Assembly (NCBI GenBank): GCA_951406725.2
Contig: OX597814.1
Coordinates: forward strand, 182,218,001 to 182,282,000
Origin: Octopus vulgaris
Taxonomy: Eukaryota
Direction: 5' to 3'
DNA length: 64,000 nt
The position numbers and the translations under genes were made by a program. Positions 22,869 to 37,057 of the stretch are shown here, in pieces (the first letter of the stretch is position 1; every line of letters begins with the position of its first letter). The notes beneath the pieces were generated by a model. The model was not told the DNA's origin. It did no database searches and saw nothing but the letters and a program-made list of their open reading frames with translations.

Positions 22869-25475
22869 CTGCGTAAAATAAAAAGAAAAAGAAAATTTTT
22901 TTAAATTATAAAATTAAGATAAATATATAAATCCATCAATGTGTTTCTTTGTGTATAAATGGTCATGTGTGGATAATAAAAAGGTAGTCTGAGGAAGCAG
23001 GTAATGATTTGTAAAAGCTAAAAATTCTTTAAATAAAGTTAACAAATTTGGGTACATTTGAATGTTTTGGGGAAAGATGAATATTAATGATTTGAGGAAA
23101 GATCCTACTTTAGAGAGATAAATTTAAGCTGTTTAAGGTAACACAGAGTAAATAAGTTTTGATTTATTTGCTCAGTTTTATCCCAAACACTTATATTTCT
23201 CTCTTTGAAGAAGGGCTACTTTGCTCAAAATGTCAGTACTCACATCTTCCCATATGAGCTTACCCAAACTTGGAAACTCTATATATTATGTGTACATATG
23301 TGTACATTCAATTATAGAAGAAGCTAAGTAACACCAGAATATTGTTGGTAGAGAGAACGGTAATGATTTAAGAAATACAGTAACACATATACACATTTTA
23401 TTTTATCATTTTTTTTTTGCTAGCATTTTGAGAAGAATGGTTGCTCTTAGTCTAGTGGGGAGGATGAGAGTTTTTATACAAAAAAGAGGAGTAGTATAAG
23501 TAAGATTCAGTTAGTTAATATGGATTTAGATGTCTGAAAGTCGATAGGTTGCCTGGCCAGGTTTGTGATGGTTTAGGCTCTTTCAGAATCATCCATTCTC
23601 CTTGGAATGAGGGAGAATATAGAAGGTTTTGCACTATAAACAGTTAACTGCAAATGTATCAATTTTTTGTTACAAAGGTTTTCAAAGTACCTTCATGATA
23701 ATTAAAGAAAATGCTGCCAATAATCTAAAGAAATTCAGGAAGTATAGACTGTGAGTTTCAGCCATTAGATTATTGAAATCCAAACTCCAGACAAGTTGCA
23801 CCATCGGAGAGAATACACTTCTAAGTTTGTCTCCATCTCCTAAGCTGAAAACACAATCTTTTGCAAGATCATGCTTGAGTGGTTAATGGTTCAGTTGTTA
23901 TATATATAACATGGTTGTGTGTTTAACTAGTTTGCTTCACACCCACACACTTTATGGTCCAGTATCACTCTGCAGTACCTTGGGCAAGTATCTTTTATTA
24001 TAGCCCCAGGCTATGCAATGGTAGACAGAAACTGCTTGCGAGTATGCATGTAAATATACATGAATGCAAATACTCCTTGGCTTCACTCCTTAGTATTATG
24101 ACTGCTTGCTCCAAACTTTTAAAGTCTTGAATAATAATTTTAAAAATCCCTTACTTGAAAACAGGTAAGGGTCGACAATAGGAAGAGCATCCTGCTTTAA
24201 ATAAATACTTGTCCAACCCATTCTAGCATACTAAAACAAATGAATGAATATATTATATATTGGTTTCAAATTTTGGCACAAGGCCAGCAAGTTTGAAGGT
24301 TGGGGCAAGTCAATTATATCGACACCATGCTCAACTGGTACTTATTTTATTGACCCTGAAAGGATGAAAAGCAAAATCAACCTCAGCAGAATTTGAACTC
24401 AGAATGTAAGGATGGATGAAATACTGCTAAGTATTTAACCTGGCATGTTAACAATTCTGCCAGCTTTCCACCTTAAATGAATATATTATATATTACTGGT
24501 CATACCTATCTTAAAATGATGAAAAGCAAAATTGGCCAAATTGTGATCTGAACCCAGAACAGTGAGGTACCGATTAAGTTACTACAGTAAAGATAGTCTG
24601 ATACTCTGTTGCCACATCCATATCAAACTTATTGATTTCTTCTGATTTGGCAAGAGGCCAATTCTTCGAGGAGAGGGGATATAGTAACTTGAATATATAT
24701 TTGTGTAGAATAGATATTTATTTTATTGTCCTTGGAGGAATTAATGGAAGACTCAACCTTGGAGTGAGATATTAGCAAGATACCAAACAAGTTATGGCAG
24801 AGTGAGTAGTCTAGCACACTACTACATCTACTAAACCCATTTTCTAACATATTTTTTTCCTTTCTTGGACCATGAACAAAGAACTTATATAGGAGTGGTG
24901 ATGAGCAGTATGATTTCATGCCTTTCTCAAGAGCATTTGCAACCCAAGTGTAGTTTGCTTCTGCTGAGGTGTAGAACTGCTTCTCATTCTGGACCTACTG
25001 CTTACTCTATAATGTTCTCAGTTCCAAAGTACATACCCATCAACCTAATATGTTGTAAGTATAACTAGCATTGTGTGAGACATATATGTGAGCAAAAGTA
25101 GATTTAAATTTCATATTTTCCTAAATGTGGTATTTTTTTTCACAAAAAAGAGAAAAAAAAAAGCAGTCAATAGGCACAGACATGGCAGTGTGGTAACAAG
25201 TTTGTTTCCCAACCACATGGTTCTGAGTTCCAGCTCCACCGTGTGGCACCTTGGGCAAGTGTCCTCTACTATAGCCTTGGGCTGACCAAAGCCTTGTGAG
25301 TGGATTAGGTAGATGGAAACTGAAGGAATTCTGTTGTATATGTATTTGTGTGTATATATATATATATATATATAAATATAGAGAGAATTCACGAAAAAAA
25401 AAAAGCAAAAGACAAAGACAGGTGGTGTAGACAACAAACAGATGTATTAGTTTAACGCTCGGGAAGTGAAAGAGT

Positions 25476-25511
25476 CTTTAACGTTTCGAGCCTATGCTCT
25501 TCCACAGAAAG
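25476..25511 (-). ncRNA. Minimal hammerhead-like variant in a short repeat element (~25381-25566)
   Basis: Minus strand: cttt-CTGTGGA-a-gagc(atag)gctc-GAAAC-GTT-aaag. Palindromic AACGTT stem III, stem I cttt/aaag. Confidence 0.55.
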
Positions 25512-26119
25512 GAACACAGGAAGAAACAAGGAGAGAAAATAAAGAATGTGTAGTGGCTAGCGATCTAGTGTGTGAGAGTCTGTCCCCCACCACAGCTTGA
25601 CAGCTGGTGTTGGTGTGTTTATATCCCCATAACTTAGCTGTTTAGCAAAAGAGGCTGATACAATAAGTACCAGGCTTTATTAAAAAATTATTAAGTACTG
25701 GGGTTAATTTGTTCAATTAAAATTCTTCAATGCAGTACTCCAGAATGGATGCAGTCTAATGAGTGAAATAAGTAAAAGATAATCAGAAACGAAAAATATT
25801 TAAAACAATTTTTCATTTAACTTCTTATCTAATTTTTCAAGCTGTAAATTCTCCTTTGGAAATTTTGATACCTGGTGGTCATAATTTTTTTCTTTCGATA
25901 ATTACATTGAAACATTATTAGTAACAAGTAATATCAATGAATAAATAAATAAATAAACAAATAATAGTAATAATAACTCTTTAACAAAATTAATTTAAAG
26001 AAGACCTTAAGAAATATTTAAAATAATAAATATTCAAATGTTTTAAATACTCTGCTGGCTGGTACAAAGAAAAAGAAGAAATCTAAAGTGTGCCCCACCA
26101 CACACTCATACAAATATAT

Positions 26120-26333
26120 GAGTGTGTGTGTGTGTGTGTGTGTGTGTGCACAGAGACATGCACACACACACACACACTCATATGAGATATATATATATGA
26201 TATATATATATACGATATATATATATATATATATATATGATATATATATATATGGTATATACATATATATATATGGTATATACATATATATACATATACA
26301 TGGTATATACATATACATATACATGGTATATAC

Positions 26334-26377
<44 letters not shown>

Positions 26378-26415
26378 ATGAGATATACACACACACACAC
26401 ACACATATATACATA
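26120..26415. repeat. Compound (TG)/(CA)/(TA) microsatellite
   Basis: Direct reading. Confidence 0.95.
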
Positions 26416-29400
26416 CAACCAAGAACCACAATAACAAGAATTAATAGACAAATAAAAACAGAAAAAAAAATACTTGTAAAGCCATATGACCAACTTTAAA
26501 GAAGCAAAATTTCAATATTATCAAAGTTTTAACAAAATGTTTTTAAAATATAAAAAATAATTACAATATTCAATGAGACTTGCAGAATGATTAAAAGTTT
26601 GTGAAGGTAAACACACAGATGTCTGAAATATCCATTTTGTTGTTGTTGTTGTTGTTGTTACTGATATTTTTGCAGAAAATTTGTTAAAACCTAACAAATT
26701 AAACTAAATTTTGAGGTTTGGCTCACCACGTAGAGTTATGAAAATGTCAATGTTTTAATTTCAATGTTTTGTCCAACCCATGCCAGCATGGAAAACAAAT
26801 GTTAAATGATGATGATGATGTTCTTGTCTTTTGGATTTACAATCTAGGGATGGGGAAGGGATGAGGTTTATCGAGTGAAAAAAAAAGGACAGACTACTAA
26901 AATATTTTGCTTTACTTCACTCACTACCATCAACAGTGCTGGACCATGCATTTGTTGTTACAAATCATCAAAGAATACCACGTACAATATGCTGGTTATG
27001 TTAGTTTACAAGCTGTTGCTTTTCCATTTTATGAATCTCCTTAAAGAATCCGTGAGAGAGAAAGAGTGAGGAAGTAGGAAGTGTGTGGTGAGGTGGAATA
27101 AAGAAAGAATAAATCAAGACAGAATAGTAATAAGAAATAGAGACAAACAAAATAACGAGTGAGGAGGGGGTCCAAAAAAAAAAAGAAGGATTTGTAAGAA
27201 ACTTAAATTTATGATTTTAAACAAATATCAACAAAACTCTTTTTAAAAATTTCAGTCATGTTTTCTTCCAATTATTGGTATAAAAAATATAAATAAAATG
27301 AGAGACAAAAAAAAAAAATGACAAAATACACTTTGGAAAGTAATACTAGATCACTAGAATACTACAACACGGACTACCCACTGTCAAATCTGGAGAGTTA
27401 TTGATTTTTAGCACAAGCAACAACCAACCAATCAATATAAGTGCCAGTGGTAAAGCAGTGAAGAGAAAATTACTATAAGACACAACAGTGAGAGCAAGAG
27501 GAGGAGGAGGAGGGAATAATTCAGTAAAATTTACAACTAAGACTTGCTGTTGTAAGGCTAATGATGCCAATATTACTATGTCTTTCTCGCCTGCTTATTG
27601 AGGTATATTAGTACTTATCTCACTATTCTAGAGAAATCTAGTTGAATTAAAAAGTTACTTATGATTTAATATAATGAATTTGCTTAAACTAATGCTTATT
27701 TACAGTTAGGGGGTTGAGAAATTTGTATCAATCACTTTACAAATTAACCTCATTCTTGGTTGATCCAACAAAGTGACCCTTACATGGTCACTTAAACTGC
27801 TAAAAACAGCAGCTAAATCTCTCTAAAATCACAACCTTGTTCTCTTAAAGAAAGCAGAACACATTGGATATAATGTGATCTTAGAAACAGTATATCGGAA
27901 TAAAAGCTGAGATAGTTGAGGCTGGAATAGCTATGACCATATGTTTGCTGGTCAGAGCTGACCTGAGGGTAAACTGCTACATTCTTAGTATGAGAAAATA
28001 TTAGTAAGGCATAGAAAAAAATGCCCAAGAGATTGCTTTAAAAAATTTGAAAGGAATAGAAAAAATATAACATATAAATATTTTTTAAAATATATTCAAA
28101 GTATAAGACAAATAAGAAACAAGAAAATAACAATATATATACATATATTTACTGAGATAAGTAAGGATAAAAAATTAACTAAAAATTAGTTTCTCATTTT
28201 GTATATATCTAATTAAGGATTTCAGGGTTTTTAATGGAATACATTTCCAGCCTGTTGCTTTTACACCTCTAGAAATTGCAAACTGTGTCCCAGCAAATAA
28301 GACAGCCTCTCTGTAATACAGTTGCTTGATCTGCTGAAAATAGCAGCCAATCTCCATCAAATCACACCTAAAGTCTTAACAAAAAGGGACACATTGGATA
28401 ATATAATCTGGGGGTATACTTTGCCTGAAAAAAATATAATGTAAAAACGACAGGGCGGTCATGACTGGAATGCTTTTTATCATAGATCATCTCAGTCAGG
28501 GCCGACCTGGTGTTAAACAACAACAACAACAACAACAATAACAGAATCAAAAAAACTTTCTGCAATATGGACCACTGAAAATTCAACAAAGCCGACAGTT
28601 GTCACAAGATGTTTCAATAGGAAATGGGCAAGGGTGATTAAATTATCATGTGACTTATACAGCACATTGGAATAGATGGAGAAAAAATGAGTTAGGAAAT
28701 GTATTTATGAAGAAATTGATTGATTTAGTCATTAAGTTACAGTGGTTTTCTTTTGTAATTTATAAAGATGTTCAATCAACTAATATTATAATACTTATGA
28801 CTACTTACTGAAAAAGCTTAGAAAATAGCTGTCCATTTTTAAGCCTCAGATCTTAACATTTGTTCTTATAGTACTTTAGCTGGATATGTTATTTGTACTT
28901 CATTAACAGGACATAACTGAATGAGAAACAGTGAGTAAGAACATTTAATATAAATGGAATAAATATACGACACCATTCTAATTATTATTCTTATACCCAG
29001 TAATATTCCTCAGCCCGTTGTCCAACATCTCTCCACTCCTTTAACTTCATCATCACAAACATCTCTACCAGAAATAATAAATAACACAGCTACCACCACT
29101 ACCTCCAACATCATCATTACTACCACGGCTGATACTCGCAGCATCATCACCATCATCACTGTCTTCGCCAGCACTACTATCAGCATGAGCACACTCAGCA
29201 CTATCACCACTTCCACCACCACTACTGCCTTCATCACTAGCACTGCCACCATCAATACTGCCCACCCAATATTATCAATAATTATGCTACCCTACAAACA
29301 TCTTTCTCTTCCATACCCTTCCATAACAATGATTATTCTATTTTTATTTCCAAATACACATAAATATTACAATTTTGTAGTAGCCATGCTATCCTACTTA

Positions 29401-30676
29401 GGACTGCTTAGGATATCTAATACAATATTTAGGACATATTTAAAAGAAGATATTTATTTATAATCACTACTGCATAAATATGTAACTTATTTTGTATAGA
29501 TTTCCTTACGTGTCACGGTTGGTTAAATCTGATGTTCTTTGGTATTTACTGGTAGGAAGGAAACATTGGATTTAACTTACCATCACACTCAGTAACATAA
29601 ACATATTGCACTCCCCCAAAATCAAAATATTAGGAATTAGCTACAACTCTTCTACAACATTCACATTGCACATATAAGACATAGTAAAAAAAAAGGGGTG
29701 AAGTGATGTACAAGCTCACCAAAACCAGAAAGAGGCATTACTTTTAATGCACACAAAGGAATAGCAACACTAAAGCACAAATAATACATTAGACCCGTCA
29801 TAGATTATGCACCCAATCTCTCTGCAACAAGCTACAGAAAACTACAAATTCAAAACTAGATATTGTGCCTTAATGCAGGTTGCACACATACCACTCACAC
29901 AATGAAAGAAAAATATTCTGCATCGATAAGGAAGCTTCTATGTAGTTGCTTGACTAGCAAGAAATTGCAGCCAAATTTTCCTCAAATATTACCCTACCAT
30001 AAAAAAAAAAGATAAAGAAACAGGGTAAATTAATATTGTATATAATATGCTAGAAATGAATATGGGATAATCACTGAAGCATGGTCAGAAAATTTTTCAT
30101 TTTCTTTTTTCTTTTTTTTTTTTTTTTGCCACAGAAATATTTTTCCATTGCATGTAAACACAGCCAGAGAATGACAACAATTATAAAGCCATGACTCTGC
30201 ATGAAATGGCTTATAAACTGCAGAGGGATAGCAGCTGTTGAACTCTTAGTTAACATTGCTTGCTTCTACTGTGGCCACTGCACAGAAATAGATGGGATAG
30301 TGGAAAGAGATCAACAAGTGTAGACTGTCATGCTACACTCCCCATGAGTCATCACAGTATGGTAGAATGTGCAGCATGGACTTCAGTTCGGTGAAGGCAT
30401 GATACAACTTGAAAGATCTACACCTCATTGTTTATCCAACTATCTGTGTGCCTTAAGTTGACTTGATCAGAGCAGAACTGGGACTTTACAGCAACAACAA
30501 AAATATTTCAAATGTAAATCCTTTTGCTGCTTCAAACTGCAACCATTATGGTACCTGCTACTATAACCACCCCAAACACCCAGGCACAGTTACAACACCC
30601 AAACACATTTGATACCTTCCAGCTACATTTATACAACCCAAATACATTAACAGCTCTCCAGAAATATTAACAATCT

Positions 30677-30912
30677 GTGACCTGGCAGAAACGTTAGTGC
30701 ACCGGGCGAAATGCTTAGCGGTATTTTGTCTGCCATTACGTTCTGAGTTCAAATACCGCCAAGGTCGACTTTGCCTTTCATCCCTTCGGGGTCGATAAAT
30801 TAAGTACTAGTTATGCACTGGGGTCGATGTAATCGACATAATCCGTTTGTCTGTTTTATCCCCTCTTTTTATCCCCTCTAAGTTTAGCCCCTTGTGGGCA
30901 ATAAAGAAATAA
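30677..30912 (+). mobile_element. tRNA-derived SINE family B (MetaSINE-like central domain) with TSD
   Basis: Central gactttgcctttcatcc.ttcggggtcgataaattaagtac; flanking gaaa(t/c)attaacaa duplication. Confidence 0.85.
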
Positions 30913-31537
30913 GAAACATTAACAACACCATGAAACAAGAAGGAAGCCTCTCTATGGTTACTCAACAAGTTAGAAATAACTACCAAATTTTCCTCAGATC
31001 ACACCCTACTGTCTTATGAAAGATGCATTGAACAATGTACTCTCTGATATACAAAAAGATGATATGGTTACAACTTTGACATCCTTGATCATAAGTCTGC
31101 TCAGTCAGGGCTGACAACTATAACAACTACATAGACAAAATAGTTACATGGTAGCCCAGCCTGAAAGAGAAATTGCCAAATATCCTTCAAATAAACCTCA
31201 CCATATTAAAATAAAAAAAAAATAAAAACCCACATTAGATAATATAGTTCTAGATGCATTGTATGCAACACTTACATGGGATGGTCATAGTTGGAATGTT
31301 TAGCTCAGTAAAGGTGAACTGAGCTAAACAACAAAAATGACAAAGCTACATCAAAAGCATTACCTCCCCCCCACACACACAATCCACGAAATAAAGCATA
31401 AAGAATATAAAGAATAACAGCTGTATCAATAACTTCATTAGACCCAAACAATGTTTTGGGATGCTTCTCTGTACCCAGAATTAAATGCATATGAACAGTA
31501 AATGTAATATATTGATTGATTCCAACTTGCCACTTCT

Positions 31538-31771
31538 TATTTCTTTATTGCCCACAAGGGGCTAAATATAGAGGGGACAAACAAGGACAGACAAAGGGAT
31601 TAAGTCGATTACATCGACTCCAGTGCGTAACTGGTACTTGATTTATCAACTCCGAAAGGATGAAAGGCAAAGTCAACCTCGGCGGAATTTGAACTCAGAA
31701 TGTAAAGACAGACGAAATATTGCTAAAAATTTTGCCCAGCGTGTTAACGTTTCTGCCAGCTTTTCACCTTC
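31538..31771 (-). mobile_element. SINE family B with 12-bp TSD
   Basis: TSD cttgccacttct on both sides. Confidence 0.85.
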
Positions 31772-32039
31772 TTGCCACTTCTGTTGTGTTCATCTCCCCA
31801 GAACTTATTGGTGTACAGACTAGACAGTTGTACAAAATTAACGCATTTATGCTACCATATGGTACTTCAGATTTTGGGTAGTTGCAGCTGAAACTGGACA
31901 TATAACTATGATGTAATAGACTTCATCAATTATTTAAAAGTTGATAAAAGTAATAATTTAAATTACAACCAAACATGATAGTAAGCAAATGGTATTCTTA
32001 GTTTATCTTTGGGTGGGTGCCAGAAAGTAGAGTTAAACT

Positions 32040-32340
32040 TTTGGCATGCTAAGCAAAGACTGACCTTTCTCTTCAGGACTAGAAAATACTTTAGCACCTT
32101 ATCAACTACTCACTCCCTACAAGGCTCACGTGAGACCCACAATGGTGTCTCCCACATCTGAGACAGTAATACTGCTATAGGCATTCCAGATCACATCTAG
32201 AGAAAGGTTACTCAACTGATTGATATGAAGTCACTTACAAACATACCCCAGCCGCCAACCCACAGACATACTGTCTCGCCTCTCTACCTTTTCTACTATA
32301 ACTACAATGGTTTCTGCTCTTTGGAGTCGGCTGGTCCCCT
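32040..32340 (+). mobile_element. Decayed LINE C-terminal remnant
   Basis: YKAHVRPTM motif and HRHTV..LYLFYYNYNG; a similar stretch occurs at ~56700-57000. Confidence 0.4.
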
Positions 32341-33394
32341 GTGTCACACTCAATTCACTCATCTCTCCTACTCTCATTACCCCATGTTATACCCATCTCC
32401 CTGCTGCCTTGTGTGGTAATTAACTAAGCTTTTAGAAAAAGGCTAAGGGAGTAAAACCCTAAAGAAAATTCAGAGGGAAGTACTCAAAAGCAGATGGCTT
32501 CCTCTGTGATTTCATGCATGCTGCAAATATACAGCTTACTTTTTCTATTGTGGCTTATCCATGAGTGGAGAGGTGGTTAGTGTACTTGGGACCAGGTATT
32601 CGCTTCTGGAAACAGCCTAGGCATTTGTGAAGGTTAAGTTATTGTTGTTGCAATACTTTTAACCAAAAACGAATACTGAAAGAAGCCTATCGTGTGTGTG
32701 TCTGTGTGTCTGTGTGCATGCGTGTGTATTTGTCCACCCTCCCTACATGACTACTGATGTTGATTTGTTTACATCCTTGAAAGATAGCAGTTTGGCAAAA
32801 AAGACCAACAGAATAAGTACGAGATGTTAATTTGTTCAACTAAACCCTTCAAGGCAGTACCCCAGCATGGCCACAGCCCAATGAGAGAAATGAGTAAAAG
32901 ATAAAAGATAGCAGAAATATTGGTTTCAAATTTGGACACAGGGCCAGTAATTTCAGGGGAGGATGTAAGTTGATTATATTGACCCCAGTGTTGTGTTTAA
33001 CTGGTAATTATTTTACTGACCCTGAAAGGATGAAAGGCAAAGTCAACCTTGACAGAATTTGAACTCAGAATGTAAAGGTAGCCAAAATGCTGCTCAGAAT
33101 TTTGCCTGGTGCAGTAACAATTCTGGCAGCTCACTGCCTTAAAGAGAGTAGAAATATTGGCTTTAAATTTCTGGCATGAGACCAGCAAGTTTGGGGCAGA
33201 GGGTAAGTCAATTACATCGACCCCAGTGCTCAAATAGTATTTATTTCACCAACCCCAAAAGGATGAAAGGCAAAGTCAACCTTGGTGGAATTTGAACTCT
33301 GAATGTAAAGACAGATAAAATGCTGTTAAGCATTTTGTCTGGTGTGTTAATGATTCTGCTAGCTCACCACATTACAGAAATATTAAATAATGTA

Positions 33395-33750
33395 GGCGCA
33401 GGAGTGGCTGAGTGGTAAGAAGCTTGCTTACCAACAACATGGTTCCAGGTCCAAAGCTGACCAAAGCCTTGTGAGTGGATTTGGTAGACAGAAACTGAAA
33501 GAAGCCCGTCGTATATATGTATGTATATATGTGTGTGTGTGTGTTTGTGTGTCTGTCCCACAACATCGCTTGACAACCGAGGCTGGTGTGTTTATGTCCC
33601 CGTAACTTAGCGTTTTGGCAAAAGAGACCAATAGAATAAGTACTAGGCTTCCAAAGAATAAGTCCTGGGGCTGATTTGCTTGACTAAAGGCAGTGCTTTC
33701 AGCATGGCCGCAGTCAAATGACTGAAACAAATGAAGGAGCAAAAGAGTAA
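33395..33750 (+). mobile_element. SINE family A copy (internal deletion)
   Basis: Homologous to 1370-1780. Confidence 0.85.
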
Positions 33751-35027
33751 TGTTATGAAGCAGAGAAATTCAAAGATGGCCATAGCAAAATATCTTAATC
33801 ACTTGAAAGTGCCAGTGTTTACACAGTGAAACAAGTTATTCCCTGTAAGAAGTGAAAAAAAAAAAAGGTAAGGTGTGAATAATAAAAAAAAACAAAAAAC
33901 ATATAATATACATACACTGTATTTTAGATATGAATATAGACGCTTCATTCCATGTGGTTGATAGTTTCTGCCACCTAAGTGACCTAATTAGTGCTGGGTT
34001 GGCTTTTAATTCTTTTTTAAAAAAAAAAAAAATTTTATATCACATTTCATGAACAATAGTGTTGTCACTAGTTACAGGTTTACAATGAAGCAGTGACTGG
34101 TTCACTGCATTTGGAACACCAGTTAACAATGACAAAGGAGTGCCTGTGCAATTTGTGTCAAATAAATATGTTGGTTTCAAATTTTGGCACAAGACCAACA
34201 GCTTTGAGGGGAGGGGTAAGTTGATTACATCAACAACCTCCTCCCCCAGTGCTTGACTGGTACTTATTTTATCAACCCCAAAAGGTTGAAAACCAAAGTC
34301 AACTTTGATGGAATTTGAACTCAGAATGCAAGAATGGATGAAACGCTGCTAAGCATTTGCCTGATATGCTAACGATTCTGTCAGCCTGCCGTACAGCATA
34401 TTTTAGTTCAAAAGCACCAGTTTATCAGTTTTCTTGCCAATGTTTACATCTTTTGCCAACACACAATAGTGTAAAACACACATATGCACACAACCCACCC
34501 CCATTTTGTTTTTGCAATGTTTTCGCAAGAATCTTGATGTTAAATTGTGGGTTGAAACAGATACTGCTGTATTTGTGCACATGAATACCAACAAATACAC
34601 ATGCACCAAAATCTCTCTTGTAGCTCTGCACCAGGTAGTGTAGACAAGGAAGTCAATGAAAAAGCTTTTGTAGTGAAATGAATGATTTTCACAAACCAGT
34701 CAATTGACTAATTAATTGATTAATTAGTCAATTAGCAATAAAAAGGAATGAGTTACATCCAGTACCTGTGATTTTATTGGTAGAATGTTATGCCTAAAGT
34801 ATAACAGTATATACATATACACACATACACACACAACACACACACATAAATGCATACATACACACATATATACATATATATTATATATGTATGTACATAT
34901 ATATTTATTAGCGACAGAGACAGTATTTATACAGAGAGGGAATCTTTATCCCCACTTAAACATGAATGTTCAGTTAAAACAAGCTATACTGCAGTTTACC
35001 TCCCCACCAGTGATATATATAGAATAA

Positions 35028-35263
35028 TAGAAGGCGGCAAGCTGGCAGAATCGTTAGCACACCGGGTGAAATGCTTAGCGGCATTTCGTCTGTCTTTATG
35101 TTTTGAGTTCAAATTCCGCCGAGGTCGACTTTGCCTTTCATCCTTTCGGGGTTGATTAAATAAGTGCCAGTTATACACTGGGGTCGATATAATAGACTTA
35201 ATCCATTTGTCTGTCCTTGTTTGTCCCCTCTGTGTGTAACCCCTTGTGGGCTGTAAAGAAATG
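35028..35263 (+). mobile_element. SINE family B with 7-bp TSD
   Basis: AGAATAA at 35021-35027 and 35264-35270. Confidence 0.85.
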
Positions 35264-35828
35264 AGAATAACAGTGCCAGAACAGATGTTGCAATTAGCCA
35301 ATGAGCTTGTTAAAAGATATTTATTAGTGACAGAGTCAGTATTAATGCCAAGAGGTAATATTTATCCCCACTTAAACATAGATGTTCTGCTTGAACATGC
35401 TATACTACAGCAGTTACCATAAGAGAAATTCTCATATTGGCTTTTGGTGCAATATTTATTCCCACTCAAATGTGTAGATAAATATTGACTCGGTTGCTAG
35501 TAAATATCTTTTAACAAGCTCACTGGCTAATTGTGACACCAGTGCCTGTTCTGGCACTGTTATTCTTTATATTGCTGGCGGGAAGGTGAATCACTGCTAT
35601 TTCTAGTGGTCAGGCATCCATTATTGACAAGATCAAGGAAGGTCGAAATTATGTGATCTGGCGGACTCAGTACTGGAGGTGTCTGGTATTTTTATATATG
35701 TAAACGTAATCTGTTATACATGTATGTATATTATTATAATTGTTTAAAATAAATAAATAGACATAATATAATGTCTAACAGTTGATGAATACCAACCACC
35801 TCCTGATCTCCTCCATTTTCTTCTTGCC

Positions 35829-35868
<40 letters not shown>

Positions 35869-35992
35869 GCATGGATGTATAGTTAAATAGTTAAGACGGT
35901 TCCTTCCAAACCATATGGTGTCAGGTTCAGTTCCATTGTGTGATACTTTGGACGAGTGTCTCCTGGTTGACAGAAATTGGAAGAAGCCAACG

Positions 35993-36038
<46 letters not shown>

Positions 36039-36394
36039 ATGCGTGTATGAATGAAAACGTGTATGTGTACCCTTGCCTTGACATCATGTTGTTTGTTTCC
36101 AGGCTTCCATGAAAATCCTGTCTGGCAAATATTACTTTGCTTTGAAACAGGTAATGATTGGTGTAGGAAGAGCAACAGGCTGTACAAAATCTGACCTATG
36201 CTAGCATGGAAAAGTAGATGTTAAACATGATGATGATGATGATGATAGTGGGCTTGTACTGAAGTTCCATGCAATGCAATGAAACCATGTTGTTTTGAAC
36301 CTAACTTCACAATTGCACAACAATAATCTCAGTGTAGTGAAAGTATCAAAGCAAAAGTAAAAAAGACCCAAAGAATTATCTGAGTGAATAAGTG

Positions 36395-36402
36395 AGTGAG
36401 TG

Positions 36403-36479
<77 letters not shown>

Positions 36480-36505
36480 ATGTGTGTATGTGTGCGCATG
36501 TGTGT
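36395..36505. repeat. (TG)n microsatellite
   Basis: Direct reading. Confidence 0.95.
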
Positions 36506-36837
36506 ATTAATGTTTCTTTAGCATGACAATGCATCCTATTTATAAATAAACATAACCATCCTCCAATTGGGGTCATTTTCTGGCAATCTACAAAGAAAAC
36601 ACATCTAACCATTGTGTTGTTCATGTTTGAAGGACGAGAGAAAATAATTTACTTTGCTTGGAAACAAGTGAATGTTGGCAACAGGAACAGCATCTGGCAG
36701 CAGAAAATTTGCCTCAACAAATAGATCCATGCAATTATGGAAAAGTGTACATTAAAATGATGATGATGATGATGATGATGATGATAGTGGTGGTGATGAT
36801 GAATATATAATGTGATGGATCTTATTCTAGTGTTTAA

Positions 36838-37057
36838 CCCTTTCGTTACCAGCCCGACTGAAACCGGCTCTGGCTCTGAGTACAAATGTCTTATTTTCAT
36901 AAGGTTTGAATTAAAATTATCCACCAAACCTTAGTCACAATTTATGTTCCTAACACTAGCTTAATGATAACCAAGTTATTTTACTAAATTCTTTGTTATA
37001 TTTAAAGTAATTGAAAGAAACACAGAGCATCTCAAAATAAATGCAGTAACGGAAGGG
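36838..37057. mobile_element. piggyBac-type MITE, 220 bp
   Basis: TTAA-CCCTTTCGTTAC ... GTAACGGAAGGG-TTAA; reverse-complement homolog of 3755-3974. Confidence 0.85.

Noticed and set aside
29010-29265. ORFs rich in Gly/Asp/Val
   Set aside because: Degenerate (CAC/CAT)n trinucleotide repeat.
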